Positions 38,050 through 51,429 of a stretch of 64,000 nucleotides of DNA are shown here, in pieces. The stretch comes from Lama glama (Eukaryota), in contig CM052817.1 of the NCBI GenBank assembly GCA_028534125.1, positions 56,112,001 to 56,176,000 on the forward strand, given 5' to 3'. Made by a program: the position numbers and the translations under genes. A model generated the notes under the pieces. It made no database searches and had not been told where the DNA came from. It saw nothing but the letters and a program-made list of their open reading frames with translations. Every line of letters begins with the position of its first letter. Within the stretch, counting starts at the first letter, position 1.

Positions 38050-39393
38050 AAATTGACATTGGTCTTGGCAATATTTTTTTGGATATGATGCTAAATGCAC
38101 CAGCATCAAAAGGAGAAACAGACAAGGACTACATTAAACCAAAAGGCTCTGCACAACAAAAGAACCAATCAACAAATTTAAATGGCAATGGGAAATAATA
38201 TTTGCAAACCAAGTATCTGATAAGGTCTTACAACTGAAAATACATAAGGAACTCATAGAACTCAATAACAAAACAAACAAACCATCAAAACCCCCCAATT
38301 TCAAATAACCCAAATAAAATAGGCAGAGGTCCTGAACAGACATTTTTCCAAAGACATAGAAACAGCCAACAGATATACGAAAAGTTGTCCAACCTCACCA
38401 ATCATCAGAGAAATGCAAATCAATATTACATTAAGATATCACTTCACATCTGCTAAAATGGCTATCGTCAAAAAGACAACAGAAAACAAATGTTTGGGGG
38501 AAGGGTATAGCCCAGTGGTAGAGTGCATGCTTAACAAGCAGTAGGTCCTGCGTTCAATCCCTAGTACCTCCATTAAAAAAATGTTGGGTAGGATGTGGAG
38601 AAAAGAAAATCTTGTGCACTGCTGGGGAATGTAAATTGATATAACTACTACAGAAAACAGTATGAAGATTCCTCAAAAATTCAAAATAGAACTGCCATTT
38701 GATCCAGCAGTCCCACAACTTAGTGTATGTCCAAAAGAAATGAAATCACACCCCAATGATTCATTGCAGAATCATTCACAGTACCTAACATATAAAAGCA
38801 ACTTAAGTGACCTTCTACAGATGAATGGATAAAGAAGATGTGATATATATATTTAATGAAATATTTTTCAGTCATGAGAAAGAAGGATATCCTGTCATTT
38901 GTAACATGGATGGATCTTGAGGGCATTATGCTAAGTGAAATAAGTAAGACAGAGAAAGCCAAATCCTGTATAATCTAACTTGTATGTGATATCTAAAAAG
39001 CCTAACTCATAGAAACAGAAAGGTGGTTGCCAGGGCTAAAAGGGTGGGGGAAATGAGGAAGTGTTGGTCAAAAGGTACAAACAACCAGTTTTAAGAAAAA
39101 TGAGTTCTGGGGATCTAGTGTACAGTATGGTGACTATAGTTAACAATAATATATTATATAAAACAATAGTATAGTATAATGATAGTAAATTAAGAGTACA
39201 TATTAAATATTCTCACCACACACACACACACACACACACAAATGTAATTATGTGAGGTAATGGAGGTAGAACGAACATTACTGTGGTAATCATTTCACAA
39301 TAGATACATGTGTCAAATCACCACATTGTGCTTCTTAAAGTTACACAATGGTATATGTCAATTATATGTCAACACAGCAGAAAAAATTAAAAA
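38050..39393 (+). mobile_element. L1MA9-like ORF2 C-terminus and 3'UTR
   Basis: 'gacattggtcttggcaat', 'atcatcagagaaatgcaaatcaa', 'gggatctagtgtacagtatggtgactatagttaacaata', 'tgtggtaatcatttcacaat'; contains a SINE and (CA)12 at 39217-39240. Confidence 0.9.
38496..38580 (+). mobile_element. tRNA-derived SINE, vic-1-like (camelid)
   Basis: ggggaagggtatagcccagtggtagagtgcatgcttaac...ggtcctgcgttcaatccctagtacctcc plus A-tail; A box about 38508-38518, B box 38552-38560; TSD aaatgtt at 38488-38494 and 38579-38585. Confidence 0.88.
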
Positions 39394-39972
39394 TACATTT
39401 ATAGCAAACCTGAATAAATTTTTTTAAATGCCAAAACAAAAATGTCGAAGTAAACTAGAAATAGAGGTATAATTGGGCTGGCTCAACTTCATTTTACTCA
39501 ATAACAGACCAAGGAACTGACCAGTTTGAAATGTTACCCTCTCTAATATCAGGAAGAAAAAGATCACAGCAGCATCCCTGCTGTCCAGCTAGGCCTTTTT
39601 GTTATTGATTCCAAGAACAGGATGAAAGATCTGACCTACATTCCAGTATCTTCACTGACAACAAGAACAATAAAAAAACCTCTAAGGGTTATGCCATTGG
39701 TCATACATATAAAATAAAACTCTAAAAGCATATTCTGTATTACCTATTAGCTATACATTGCAGGCTTGCTAAACTCTGTATGTAATACGAGGTAAGGATG
39801 GACAGTATTTGGTGGTCTATTTTGAACTTTTAATCAAGTAAGTATACATTTACTTTAATAGCACTGGTATCATGAGTATATTATGTAATTGACTTCACCA
39901 AGAATGGATATTAAACCCTAGTGTTGGCAGCTATGAATTTCTAGCATCATTTGTGCTCAAATGGGAACATTC

Positions 39973-40005
39973 TGGAATATAATTCAACCTTGGAATATAA
40001 TTCAA
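39973..40005. repeat. Short direct duplication, period 18
   Basis: tggaatataattcaa at 39973 and 39991. Confidence 0.9.
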
Positions 40006-40679
40006 AATTGTTATTTTGAGCTCACAAACTTGCACCCATGCTTTTTTTGACAATGTGTTTTGAATTTTGAATACAAATTTCCTCATAGGTCCCGTTTACC
40101 ATTTCTGGTACATAGTTTGCATCTGTGATATACTCATCTTGAGTAACCTTCACTGACCAAGTAGTTGTTTATAATTCCATGCTATTCTTCTGAGCTATCC
40201 TGAAGGAAAACTGAATGGGCTAGATCATCAATCCATATTTTCTCTGGAAAATACATGTGATTTACAGCCTCTACTTAATTCTGATCAATTAGAATTGAAT
40301 TCACTAAGCAGCTATGATGACTGTGTTACTTTCAATTTTATTTCCACACTAACTGAAAAACCACAAATATATGATGTGCTTATTAAATACATATTGAAAA
40401 GCAAAACTAAATGACTTCATCCCTAAAGAAAGATTCATGCTAATGAGAAGTTTGGGGAACAAGTGGTAAATGATTTTTTAATGAAAGAACAGCAGTAGAT
40501 TTAAACTTGAAATAATGCCAGACTTTTAAAATAATATTAGTGTACTTGTGTGTTTGATCTGTATGTATATCAATGTAAATATCAATATAGATATATTGAC
40601 CTTAATTCATATTAATATGCCTGAGTTTAGTTTACATTAATAAGTTACTATTTATGATTATAAATAATCACCAATCTGC

Positions 40680-40800
40680 TGTAAAGAAGATTAGTGATTG
40701 TCAGAGTATGAGGAGGGTGGATGGGGACAGTGTTATTTGGACTGATAAAAATGTTTTGAAAGGTCGTGATTGCACAAAATTGTGAATTTACTACATTGAA
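40680..40800 (+). mobile_element. L1MB-like 3'UTR fragment
   Basis: 'agattagtgattgtcagag...gataaaaatgttttgaaa...gattgcacaaaattgtgaatttact'. Confidence 0.7.
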
Positions 40801-40804
40801 ACAT

Positions 40805-40966
40805 GTATTTATGGCCACTGAAATTAAAATTTTATAAAGCTTTTACATGTAAAATATTTTTTCCCCTAAACATTTAAAATGTAACATTCTTTGTCAGTTT
40901 GAAGCCCCTGAAAAACAAGCTGTGGGCTGAATTTGGCCTGCAAGGCCCTGTTTTGCTGACCCCTGG
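40805..40966 (+). mobile_element. hAT-Charlie MITE, MER58B-like 3' part
   Basis: 'aaaaacaagctgtgggctgaatttggcctgcaaggccctgttttgctgacccctg' matches the MER58 terminus. Confidence 0.8.
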
Positions 40967-43900
40967 TCTAAAAACAAAACATTTTTCTGCTTTTCCAGAA
41001 ATTAACTCTTGTCCTCAGGCAAGTCACCAACTCCTATGTTTTCCTCTATTTATGGAAGTTTATCATGTTGAGGAAAACAAGCAGATCAGTCTAATTTCCA
41101 CTGACACAGTGCAGCTGCAAATCACTGAGAAGGATTTCTGTTCAAGTGTTATTGAACTTGCAAATAACTGCTTTAAAATAAAGAAAACAATGGGTTTACA
41201 AATATTGATTTTAAATAATTTAAATTATTTTCTTAATTACATGTTGAATTTTTTAAAATTTATAAATTCATTTCAACTAATGTAATTCAATATTTTTGTA
41301 CAATGAACTTTTTCTACAACTGAATTGTTTTGACAAAGTGAAAAAAACAGTGCAGACCATTCAAAAACTAACCATCTTCTCGTATCTTCTCTCCCAAACA
41401 ACTGCTGTTTTAGATTTCATACACATACTGATAATTATCACTTATAAGTGTTCTATCAGAAATGCTATATATACTACTTTGCAATATAGATTTTAGGTGT
41501 ATATATCTCCCTGTACTTCCCCTTGATAAACATTTCACAGTGTATAATTACATGGGTGAGTAGTTGATGGTTTCAATTAATGTCTATCTCCCACACTTGA
41601 CTGTATGACTTATTAATGACCATATAGTACAGTGCTTGCCGCATAGTAGAGATTCCTTTCCCTTTTTAAGCCTTCATTTTATGCTATCAATTGTTTATAC
41701 AATCTTTTATCAATGTATGGTTGGATTGTACATGCCACTTTTCCTGATATACAGTTGGGTCATCCTAACAGTTTTATCACTAACAATGGTATAACAAATA
41801 TCATGGTAAAAGTATTATTGCCTTTTAGGAGGAAATTTACTAGGCCAAAGGGTAAACACATTTATAATACTCCCACTAACAGTCTTTTCTTATTGATAGT
41901 GTTTCAACGATAATATATGCAGTTTCTCAGTATCCCTTAACAGACGAGATGATTCTTATCATGTGCCTTTTCTCTGGAGCCTTGACGTTGAAGAGGCAGG
42001 TGTAATATAAAATCATTGGTATTATGGTTTATAATTTTTGGAGATTATACAAATTTGCATAGGACTCAGATAAAGGTACTGTATCAAAACAAATTATTAA
42101 TTGAAAATAAACTTGCCCTCATGATGCAGCATTGTTTCTGTAAAAAGAAGTTTGAAATCCAGTTACAGGAAAGGGTATTTAACAGGTTTCTGGCAGAAGC
42201 CTTTTATACATGGTTCTTTTGAAAACATCTAGTTTGTTTGAGGCTGAAATCATATTTACTACTGTTAAATAAAATCGCAAGGGTAACAATGAGATATGAG
42301 CCACAGCTAGAGAGATTCTAGATCAAAAGCCAGGTTGTAATTTTGTCTGATTGAAAAATACAACCAAAATGCCTATGCTCATTCAAAAGTAGCTAAGCTA
42401 GAAAACTACTTCAAACTGGTGACTACAAACATAAGAAATTGACATGTCTCCACCTACTGGCTTTCCACGGAGAGCTGGTGAATGGTGTATTTTGTATATA
42501 TGGGTTTTCAATTTGTCCCAGAAAGTTTCAGAAAAGTTCATCTTTATGTTTATAATGTACATAACATGATCTCTTGTATTTGAAAGATTGAACTAGAAAT
42601 GTACTGACTATAATACAAACATAGTAATAGGTATTTAGAAGTAAAGTGGCACTTGATTATATTACATATCACATTATCAGAACTGCATCTTATTAAAATT
42701 AAAAGTACATTTCCAAATGAAACTAAAGTAGCAAGTATAAGCATTTGAAAAAGTTGTAATATTCTGACTGTAAAGTGGAAAAGTAAATGTTTCACTTGGT
42801 CTAGCTCTAAGTGAAAATGCTCAGAAACATTGCAGATACAAGAAGTTATATATAAAACTGAACTTCAAGGACACTTTATGTAACAAGTCATTTCTGTTTA
42901 ATAAAGCTTAGTTATCTATAGTCCAGTCTTTGTTATATTCTCTAATGGAGCATTCATAATTTGCCTGAAACCATTAACACACAGCTCAGAGCAAAATGTA
43001 GGTAGAATAACTCAAAAAGCTTACTGGACTGTGTACTGATTGTGAATTTAATAGTTATGAACAATTGAGTATATTTTAGTTTATTCATAACTCATTGTGG
43101 ATTTCCTAAACTTTCACCATAATAATTCCATAGATTTGAGATTCAAGTTAAAAAAATAAGTCTAAAACCTTTTTTTTTGTAGTTGTTAAATACATTTAGA
43201 CTCCTTCTAAAGGATTTTTTAAAATAATAAAAATAAAATGGACTATAAAAATATATGTTAATTGTGTTCTTCACTGATGATAAGGTTATCTTGTAGGATA
43301 TATCTGTTGTTTTGAAATGTAGACGTTTATTTGGACATTTGTTTTAAGTTAGATGTTGTTAATGTATAAGACCTGAATTTTATGGCAGAGATATCCCACT
43401 TTATAAAAAGGTTCTTATTTAATTTAAGGCCAAATTAGGTTATATTTAATATTTAATAATGTTTAAAATTTTCACAGTGACGACAAAAGTACTATTCTAC
43501 TGTTTTAAAGTTTCAGGAAATTATGAGGAAAATAAACAAGAGTAATCTTACCATTCAAAGGTAATTACTGCTATCATTGTTTATAAAAACACTGACAAAC
43601 TTTGTCTCTTCTTTCTTAATAATAAACATGAAATAATAATTTATGCAATTCTGCAATCCAGATTATTAATTTGACACAATATTGTGTACCTCTCTATAAT
43701 GATTAATATAATTAATATAACTAATCATTACCGAAAAATTCCACGTATAAATCAAGATTCTTTTGTTTGAATGTGACAACCACTCACCTGAAAGATGCTA
43801 AGAGAGAGAACAGGAACTTATTCATACAATCAAATCCTAAAAAAATATCAGTGTGCAAAGCAGTTTTTCAGGTATAATGAGATTAAAAATTTGATGTGTG

Positions 43901-44159
43901 ACTGCTGTCCAGTATTTTCTTTCCAAGTCTTCTCTGAGTTACCTTGCATTTTGTATTTATTTTTCACTATGCTCCATGTATGAAGAGGTTACCATTCCCA
44001 TAGCAATTTCACAACCCTATTACAACTGGTAGTGTCCATAAGGTAAATGTGATTTAAGCAGAAGAGATAAATCTCCCCAAAGAAGGTTGTGCTGCTTCCA
44101 TATAATGGTGGTGTGACCAGTCCAATAATTGTTACCTGTTATCTTTAGCCACCATTACT

Positions 44160-45150
44160 TTTGCTTACAACTGAAAAAGTCTCCTAGCTAATAACTCTTT
44201 TCTATTGTGCACCCCACCCTGCCCCACCAGCCTAAATTACTCATGACCTACCAGCACTGACTTTCTGAAATATGAATCAGGTAAAATCACTCCCCTTAAA
44301 ATCTCCCAGTGGTTTTCCGTTGAAACAAGAATGGATCTGAATTCCTTACCATAATCCACATGGTCATAAATGATCTGCTCCTGCCTACATCACTGGCCTC
44401 ATTTTCTCCACACCCCACCTCACCCTCTTGTGTTACTTCAGCTCAATCATCTGGTTCAGTCACCTCAATCTCAAATACACTAAACTCATTTTCAGGATTA
44501 TGAATTCTTGAATCATAGTCTGTGTACCCGTGGAGTCACCACGGCACTCTCAAGAGGTCCACAGGGTCAAACCTATTTTTACTATAATACTAAGTCTTTA
44601 TATGCCTGGCAGATTTCATTCTCTCACAACTTGTGAGAATTTTTCACAGTGGAATTTTTAAGAGTCTACATAAACTGTGATATCCAGGCAAAAGCAGATA
44701 GAAGAATCTAGACACCTTTACTTAGGCAGAGATCAAAGGATTTTGGAAAAAAAATACTACACTCACATTTTTCTTCATGATTATTTTGTTTTGGAAAATC
44801 TCATTCAATTAAAATGTTATTTATGTTAACATGTATGTTTATTGTTATTTTTAAATAGTTTAATATATGTTTTCAATTCTCAGTTTTAAACTTCTAATAT
44901 GGCAAAATGTGATAGATGTGACCCAAAAATCAAAAGTTCTTTGAGGTCCTTCATGATTTTTAAGAGTGAAAGGAGATTGTAACCAAAAAGTTAGACACCA
45001 CTGCATCAGACCTTTAAGTTTTCTTTACTTCTGTTTAAAATATTTTTCCCCAAATTTTCAGATGGGTCTTGTATCACCCTCTTTCCAAGGCCTCTTTCTC
45101 AACATTCATATCACTACTCAGATGTCAACTTTTCTGAGAAGCCCCTCCAG
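44160..45150 (+). mobile_element. L2 fragment interrupted by a Charlie element
   Basis: 'cttaaaatctcccagtggttttcc', 'tccttaccat...atgatctgctcctgcctac'; resumes after 45003 with 'ctcagatgtcaacttttctgagaagccc'. Confidence 0.75.
44499..45003 (+). mobile_element. hAT-Charlie non-autonomous element (Charlie1b-like, about 500 bp)
   Basis: 'ggtccacagggtcaaacctatttttactataatactaag', 'atgttatttatgttaacatg', 'tttttaagagtgaaagg...accaaaaagttagacaccactg' (3' TIR). Confidence 0.8.
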
Positions 45151-45799
45151 TGAAAGAGCGAAAGAGTGAAAGCTGAGCTAACACAAAAGGAACAGATTTT
45201 TAAATCAGATATTATAAATCAAAAATAACACCTAGCATCAAGGGTACAAGAAATCAACTGTCACAAACAAATCAAAGGGAGTTGTGAGACTTTAATGGTG
45301 GCTCCTGGTTCTTCATTCCCACATGAGACATACTTCCTCTAACGCAGAGTAAAGAGTTCTCTAAGTGAAGTACATGGGTTACTCTCACAGGGAGCTCCTT
45401 GTTTTTGACACCACTGTGTACACCAAAGTATTTTGTAGCTAACATGACATTTTCTATAGATTCATGACTGAAAATTTTGTAGATTCTAGGTTTACCATTA
45501 GCAATCATATCCAAGGATATCTTGATAAATTATTCCATGTAAGTATTCTATTCATAGAAAATATTATTAGTCTATTTGTTAGGGAATCTTTTTGTCAACA
45601 TATTTACAAGGAGATTCGATTGGGTCACTTCTTTCTTTCTTTCCCCAGGGGCATTCCTTTCTTAATAGGCAGAGAAAATAAGCAGATTAGCTATTTTAAT
45701 AACTTTTTTCCAAATGTTAGAAATCTACTTCTTAGAATAGTACCTAGAATATAGTGAGTGTTCAGTACTTTGTTCATCTGAGTGACTGGAAAGCATTCA

Positions 45800-46250
45800 A
45801 TGCTGTCGAACACACAATTTATGCCTTTTTAAGACAAATGGGAGCCCTTTACATAACACTGTGGTGAACATTCTTGTGCATCTTTCTTGGTACCTAATTC
45901 TTTCCTTAAGTTAAACTCTCAAAAGTTAAATTCTGGGTCTAAAGACATATATATATACATATACACATATATAATATTTTTAGGCATGTGACAAAACTGC
46001 CATTAGAAAGATTATAGCATTTTGCATCCCTATCAGTAGTACATAAAACTGCCTACTAAGTCACACTCTCATATATATTCTGTAATGAAGGACTATAAAT
46101 GTTGCAAATTCTATGAGCCAAAATAAAGCAAGCTTTTAAAATGTATATTTTGTTTTTACTAGTTAGGATAACATATATTGCATATAATTATAGTGATATT
46201 TGATTTTTATAAATTGTTGGTGTCTTTTTTCTTCACTTTTCTTGATATTA
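45800..46250 (-). mobile_element. L1ME 3' region fragment
   Basis: 'ataacactgtggtgaacattcttgtgca', 'tttgcatccctatcagtagt'. Confidence 0.6.
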
Positions 46251-46973
46251 TCTCTATTTTTCCATTTCCAGGCTTATGTATACATATTACATATTTTCAC
46301 CTTTTTAAGATAAGACTTAAACAAGCCACAATTCTGTACATATCTATTAACCTTTGATTTTCTGGAATAATTACCATCATCCTATAAATGATTGAATGCA
46401 AATTATACTATGATATATAGTTAGTTATTGATGTGCACTGTCTTCACAGAGTAGGTATTACATAATTATAATGTCATAGTTATCATTTATCTGGATTCTC
46501 TACTCATAATTTTATAAAAATAATTTAGCTACTTAAAGCAGAATGTTTGAACATTTCATTATATTCCTGAAAAGTTACTTCAAATTTTTAAAAATGATTT
46601 GCTTCTGTTTTATTTTAAAGCTTAAAACAGAAGTCATAAATCAAATTTCTTCAAGTGACAGACAAGTAGCTTTAGTGTCCAAAAAAAGGTAACATAATAA
46701 GGTGTGGTGTTGTCAATGGCAGCCAACTAAGGGATGCAAGCCCAGCCAAAGCCAACTTCATTTTGCAGAATTAATTTCGATCAAACAAAATCTGTTTATT
46801 CACAGAATCCAAAACTGGTTCTAATAGTTCTCAACATTTAGAGAGTGAGAATTCTATGTGTTCAGTGAAAACCGTCATTCCTTATAAGTTTCATAAAATA
46901 AATTTCTCCTTGCTTTAAATGTATACACATGCAGACAAGCACATGTGCCCACACTACACATGGACATACATAA

Positions 46974-46986
46974 GTATGTATATGCA

Positions 46987-47018
<32 letters not shown>

Positions 47019-47036
47019 CACACACACACATATATA
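46974..47036. repeat. (TG)12...(CA)6 compound microsatellite
   Basis: Directly visible; uninterrupted purine/pyrimidine alternation. Confidence 0.9.
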
Positions 47037-49924
47037 AAGTTTCTTCACTATCAGTTTAACTCCAACATGTAGATGGTATTTTTTTTTTTTTTGGTTTAGT
47101 ATTCCATCGATGCCAAAAACTTTGAAAGTGGCAGTAACAAAACAAATCAAAAACCTTCTGTGTAGGAAAAAATTTGGATGTAAGGCTAGTTTGTACCCAA
47201 GAACAACAAAATTTTATGAGATATATTTGTTTAATAACATCCTTCCCAACTAGATTGAATAAAGAAGCCATTTGGAAAGAATGAATATTAATTGTTATTA
47301 TCACTCCATTTCTTCCTAGGATATCTTTCTCACAATGTTTGATATTCTTGCAATCACCTCATTTAATTTGGTCACTTTTTACATTCATACATTGGTGTTT
47401 TAATGACATTCTTTATGGAAGTTTTTCAGAAACTATTTATGAGATATCAATTTGAAATTGCATGAAGAAATGTGGTACTCTTCAGACACCAAAACATTAG
47501 TTCATACAACTTCTCAATGCAATTTAAGTTGGAATTCAGCTGCTGTCTCAAAGAAATTCTTTCACATGTATTTGAAAAAATTGCTATAAATTTTAGATGT
47601 CTTGCTAATTAACACTGAAAACTAACTCGTTAGAAGGGTTGGAGTTCCTTGTATTTTTCCTTTAAAAAACCCTTAATGATTAATTTTTTTCCTAATGACC
47701 TGGAAATGATTCAGTTTATTGATTTATAGTACATAGGTAAAATATGATATTTCCATTTATCTTTGACTTTAATAATAACTACTGGAAGAAACAGAATGTC
47801 AGTGACTTTTTTGATATGATGTTTCTCTTTTAAATATGTCAAATGAGATATAATAAAAACATTTATATTTTGACAGTGCTAAGAACAGAGTGAAAATATG
47901 CATAAACACAACAGAAAGCACAACATGCACCTGTAATTAAATTAATAAAGTAAAATGGTAATTACAGAAAAATTTAATTCAATAATATTTAGATTACAGG
48001 ATTAAGTGTACCAGTTTGGTGAATGTTTTTAAATAAAACTTAGATATTCCAGCTTACTGAAAATATTCACTCTTTATCCCATATATTTTTTCTTTAGATG
48101 GTGAAAAATTTTAATTTGTGTTCTGAAGCAGAACTTTCTAATTATGTGAAAATTAACTGATCCCTAAATGTTATATATTTAAAATAAAATACTTTGGTTT
48201 TTCTGGATCAGAAAACTTCTGAGAAAGAAAGAATTTAGAGGACACTTTCAGATCTGGTAAAAATAATGAAATAGATCCAGTAAGCTGGAGAGCTGAGCAT
48301 TATGTTAACAGACATGGGAAATAAGGACTGCACCTGCCTATCTCAGCCCTGGTTTGCAATGCTTCACTTGTGCTGGCTTTCAGCCATTTTCAACCACGCT
48401 ACGAATGAGGTATATGGTTAACATTAAGTGACAAGGTCACCACTAATGATGTCCTGGAGGGCAGCCAGTCTAGTCCTAAATTCTGAATTGGCCATGTGGA
48501 AAGAAAAGAACATGAAACATGAAAAATAGCTGCACCTAAATTCAGTGATAATAATACAAATAATACATAGCTTCTATTCTTTACAAAACACATCAATGTG
48601 AAGAATTTATTGCAATAATCACAATAGGGCAATGTTTTAAGCCACACTTACAAAGGAAAAAAAAATCATGTTCAGAATCAAATGGCATGTTTAAGGTTGG
48701 AAACTTTTTTTTTTAAGGGATTCTTTCTCAAGTAAGACAAGGAGAAAGAAAAATGAAATCTGTAGTGGTAATTGTTAATTTGAGTTTAAAGTGACACCCA
48801 ACACAAAATGGCAAAGTGACTCAATACATGTAAAATAATAGTAGTCCTGGTTGCAGAAGGGAATAGAGAGGAAAAAAACGAAGCAAAAAGTTCCACAAAT
48901 AGTAAACCTGGCAGTGGATGCCTTTTATAATTCTGACCACATGTATGATTCAGTAAGCCCTTGATTCTACGGTTTGTTAAAGAAAAGTCTATAATAAAAT
49001 AAAAATTACACAAATTTGACTCTAACCACCAGCCCTTATTTTCTTCAAGTCTGCTAGATGCTCTTAACTATTAACTATTTCTTCTTGTGGCCTTGCTGAA
49101 AAAAGTGTGCATTCTTATTCACTGAATAATTACTTACCTACATTGTGAGCTGTTGAGTCCCTATCCTCTTAATGTTTTGTTTTAAAACTGAAATCATTTG
49201 ATTTATCAGTTTGTTTTACATTAATACTACTAATATAAATGTAAAACCTATGTCCTGATAATCTTTAATTATCAATACTTTAGCTTTTATTAGAAGATGT
49301 CCCACTACCCTCATTTCTACCCTATTTATATATTTTTTTGAGCTAGGAGAACTCCCAGAAACACTTAAGGCTACTCACTTTACCTCACAGATGAGACACA
49401 GGGTTGAAAGATTAATCCTCACCCTAACTGTAATAGTTAAGAGAAAGAGCAAATATCCCAGTCACTAATATGCCACAATTATATGCAGAATACCACTGAA
49501 AATTAGTTAATTTAACAATTCAGGTCTGATTTTTTTTTCTTAGAAAAATACCTAACCCTTCTTCAGTTTACATCAAGTAATGGCAGAGTGACTAGTCTAA
49601 AACCATTCTAAAAGAAAGAGAAAAATATATTATAAAAAATGCAAGGCTAATTATGTAGTTCAGAAATAAATGTGCAGCCCTCTTTTTGAAGAGTTGGGTA
49701 AGTGAATATGAGAACAGAGGGCGATCCACTCACAGCTTAGCAGAGGGTAAAAGATTCCTAAATAAAACCCTAAAATTAATGATCTAAAATACTGTAGATT
49801 CATTAGTAGAATATATAATAAGCTATCTGTACATTTTTAAAGTATCACGGCTATATATATCTATGACATTAAATATAAATTTTATACCAAGATGGAAAAA
49901 AATAGATTAAAACTGTGGTCTACT

Positions 49925-50365
49925 TTTTTTTTCAATTCTACAGACTTAGGTTTTTTAGAGCACTTTTAGGTTCAGAAAAAAGAATCTACAGACATTTCCC
50001 ATGTAAATCCTAACCCTACACATTCCTAGCTTCCCTCATTATCAATACCCCCCACCAGAGTGGTACACTTGTTACAAATGATGAGCCTACATTGACATCA
50101 TAATCACCCAAAGTCCATAGGTTACATTAGATTGGAGTTCATATCTAGTGTTGTACATTCTACGGGTTTGGACAATTGTATAATGACATGTATCCATCAT
50201 TATACTATCATACAGAGTGTTTTTTTTTAACAGCTCTAAAAATTCCCTGTGCTTCAGCTTACTCATCCTTTCCCCACCTCTCCCAAATCCCTGGCAACCA
50301 CTGATCTTTTTTATCGTCTCCATAGTTTTGTCTTATCTAGAATATCAAATAGTTGAAATCATAGT
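49925..50365 (-). mobile_element. L1MC1-like 3' end
   Basis: 'ccccaccagagtggtacacttgttacaaatgatgagcctacattgacatcataatcacccaaagtccatag', 'ccctggcaaccactgatc'. Confidence 0.9.
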
Positions 50366-50930
50366 TGAAACTGGAGTTGGGTATTTCTATTCCCTTAGGT
50401 CAGTTAGGCTCTGATAATGTCCCAGCTGATTAGGCTGTGGTTAACTAGGTTTTCCTGAAAGAAGGCCTGTTAAAAACAGAGTTTTCTTGTATATCTCAAA
50501 ATATTTCCTTTTGCCCTCCCCCTGCAAGAAACAGGAGGCTATTTACTTTGAGAACCTGGTTGAGCTCCTAGAGGTAAAGTTTACAAAATCATAGGGAGGC
50601 CACTATGACTGGGTCTCACTGGAGTTGTTAACTCCCAGGGTTGTCTACACTGAGCCCCCAGCAATTCATCAGTTACAATTTGGGTTTATCTATTGTGGTA
50701 CCCATTCCTATGGCAGTTTCTACTGTTGAGCCTCTGTTTTGTTAAGCAGTGCCTCCATTTATTGGCCTGTCTGACTCTCCAATCTTGAGTGGAGTGGTTT
50801 GCCATGTGCCCTCCCGTCCCTTATGGATCCAAGAAGAAGTGTTGATTTTTCTATCTGCTCATATTTTTATTTGTTGTTAGGATAGGATGGTGACTTCCAA
50901 GCTCCTTACGCACTGAATCAGGACCCAGAA
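50366..50930 (-). mobile_element. L1MCa-like 5' end, directly fused to the 3' end
   Basis: Colinear with 22720-23290; ends 'gtgacttccaagctccttacgcactgaatcaggacccagaa'. Confidence 0.8.
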
Positions 50931-51429
50931 CTGATTTATGTTTATATATATATGAAGCACAACTAATGACACTTCATCTTTGTCTCTACAATCTGATTAG
51001 AGTTCTGTGTCCACCCTCAGACTATTCTTGTTCATACTGGCACTTGGATGAATTTCTGTGCCTTGTTACACTCTTTTTTTTTTTCCCTTTCTGCTGTTTG
51101 TTACATATTTTGGATGTTGCAGCTGATGACTTCTTTCTAGTTAACTGTAATTATCTGAAAATCTGGTCAGAATAAATATCTCCTTGCCCTTCCACCTGAC
51201 AGGGTTATGTATCTTAGAATCTATTGCTCTCCAAAAGCTTTAGCCCATTTGTTTCATTTCTTGTCTCATTTTTTTACCCCATTTTTCCCTTCATTTGGGT
51301 TAGAATTTCTGGCGGCTGTTAGGTCTGTGTTATTAGGAGCCTGAACATAAGAAAATGAAGAATGTTGCAATGGTACTCTGCAGAAATAATGACAATTGCC
51401 TCTAGTGCCATTCAGCACTCAACCTCCTC

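Noticed and set aside
38496..38572. tRNA gene
   Set aside because: A-tail, TSD, position inside an L1 and a disrupted anticodon arm indicate a SINE.
49132..49195. Minus-strand 50-nt exon with TAG|GTAAGT donor
   Set aside because: Stops in all three frames and a weak acceptor; such donors are expected by chance in 64 kb (a non-coding exon is not excluded).
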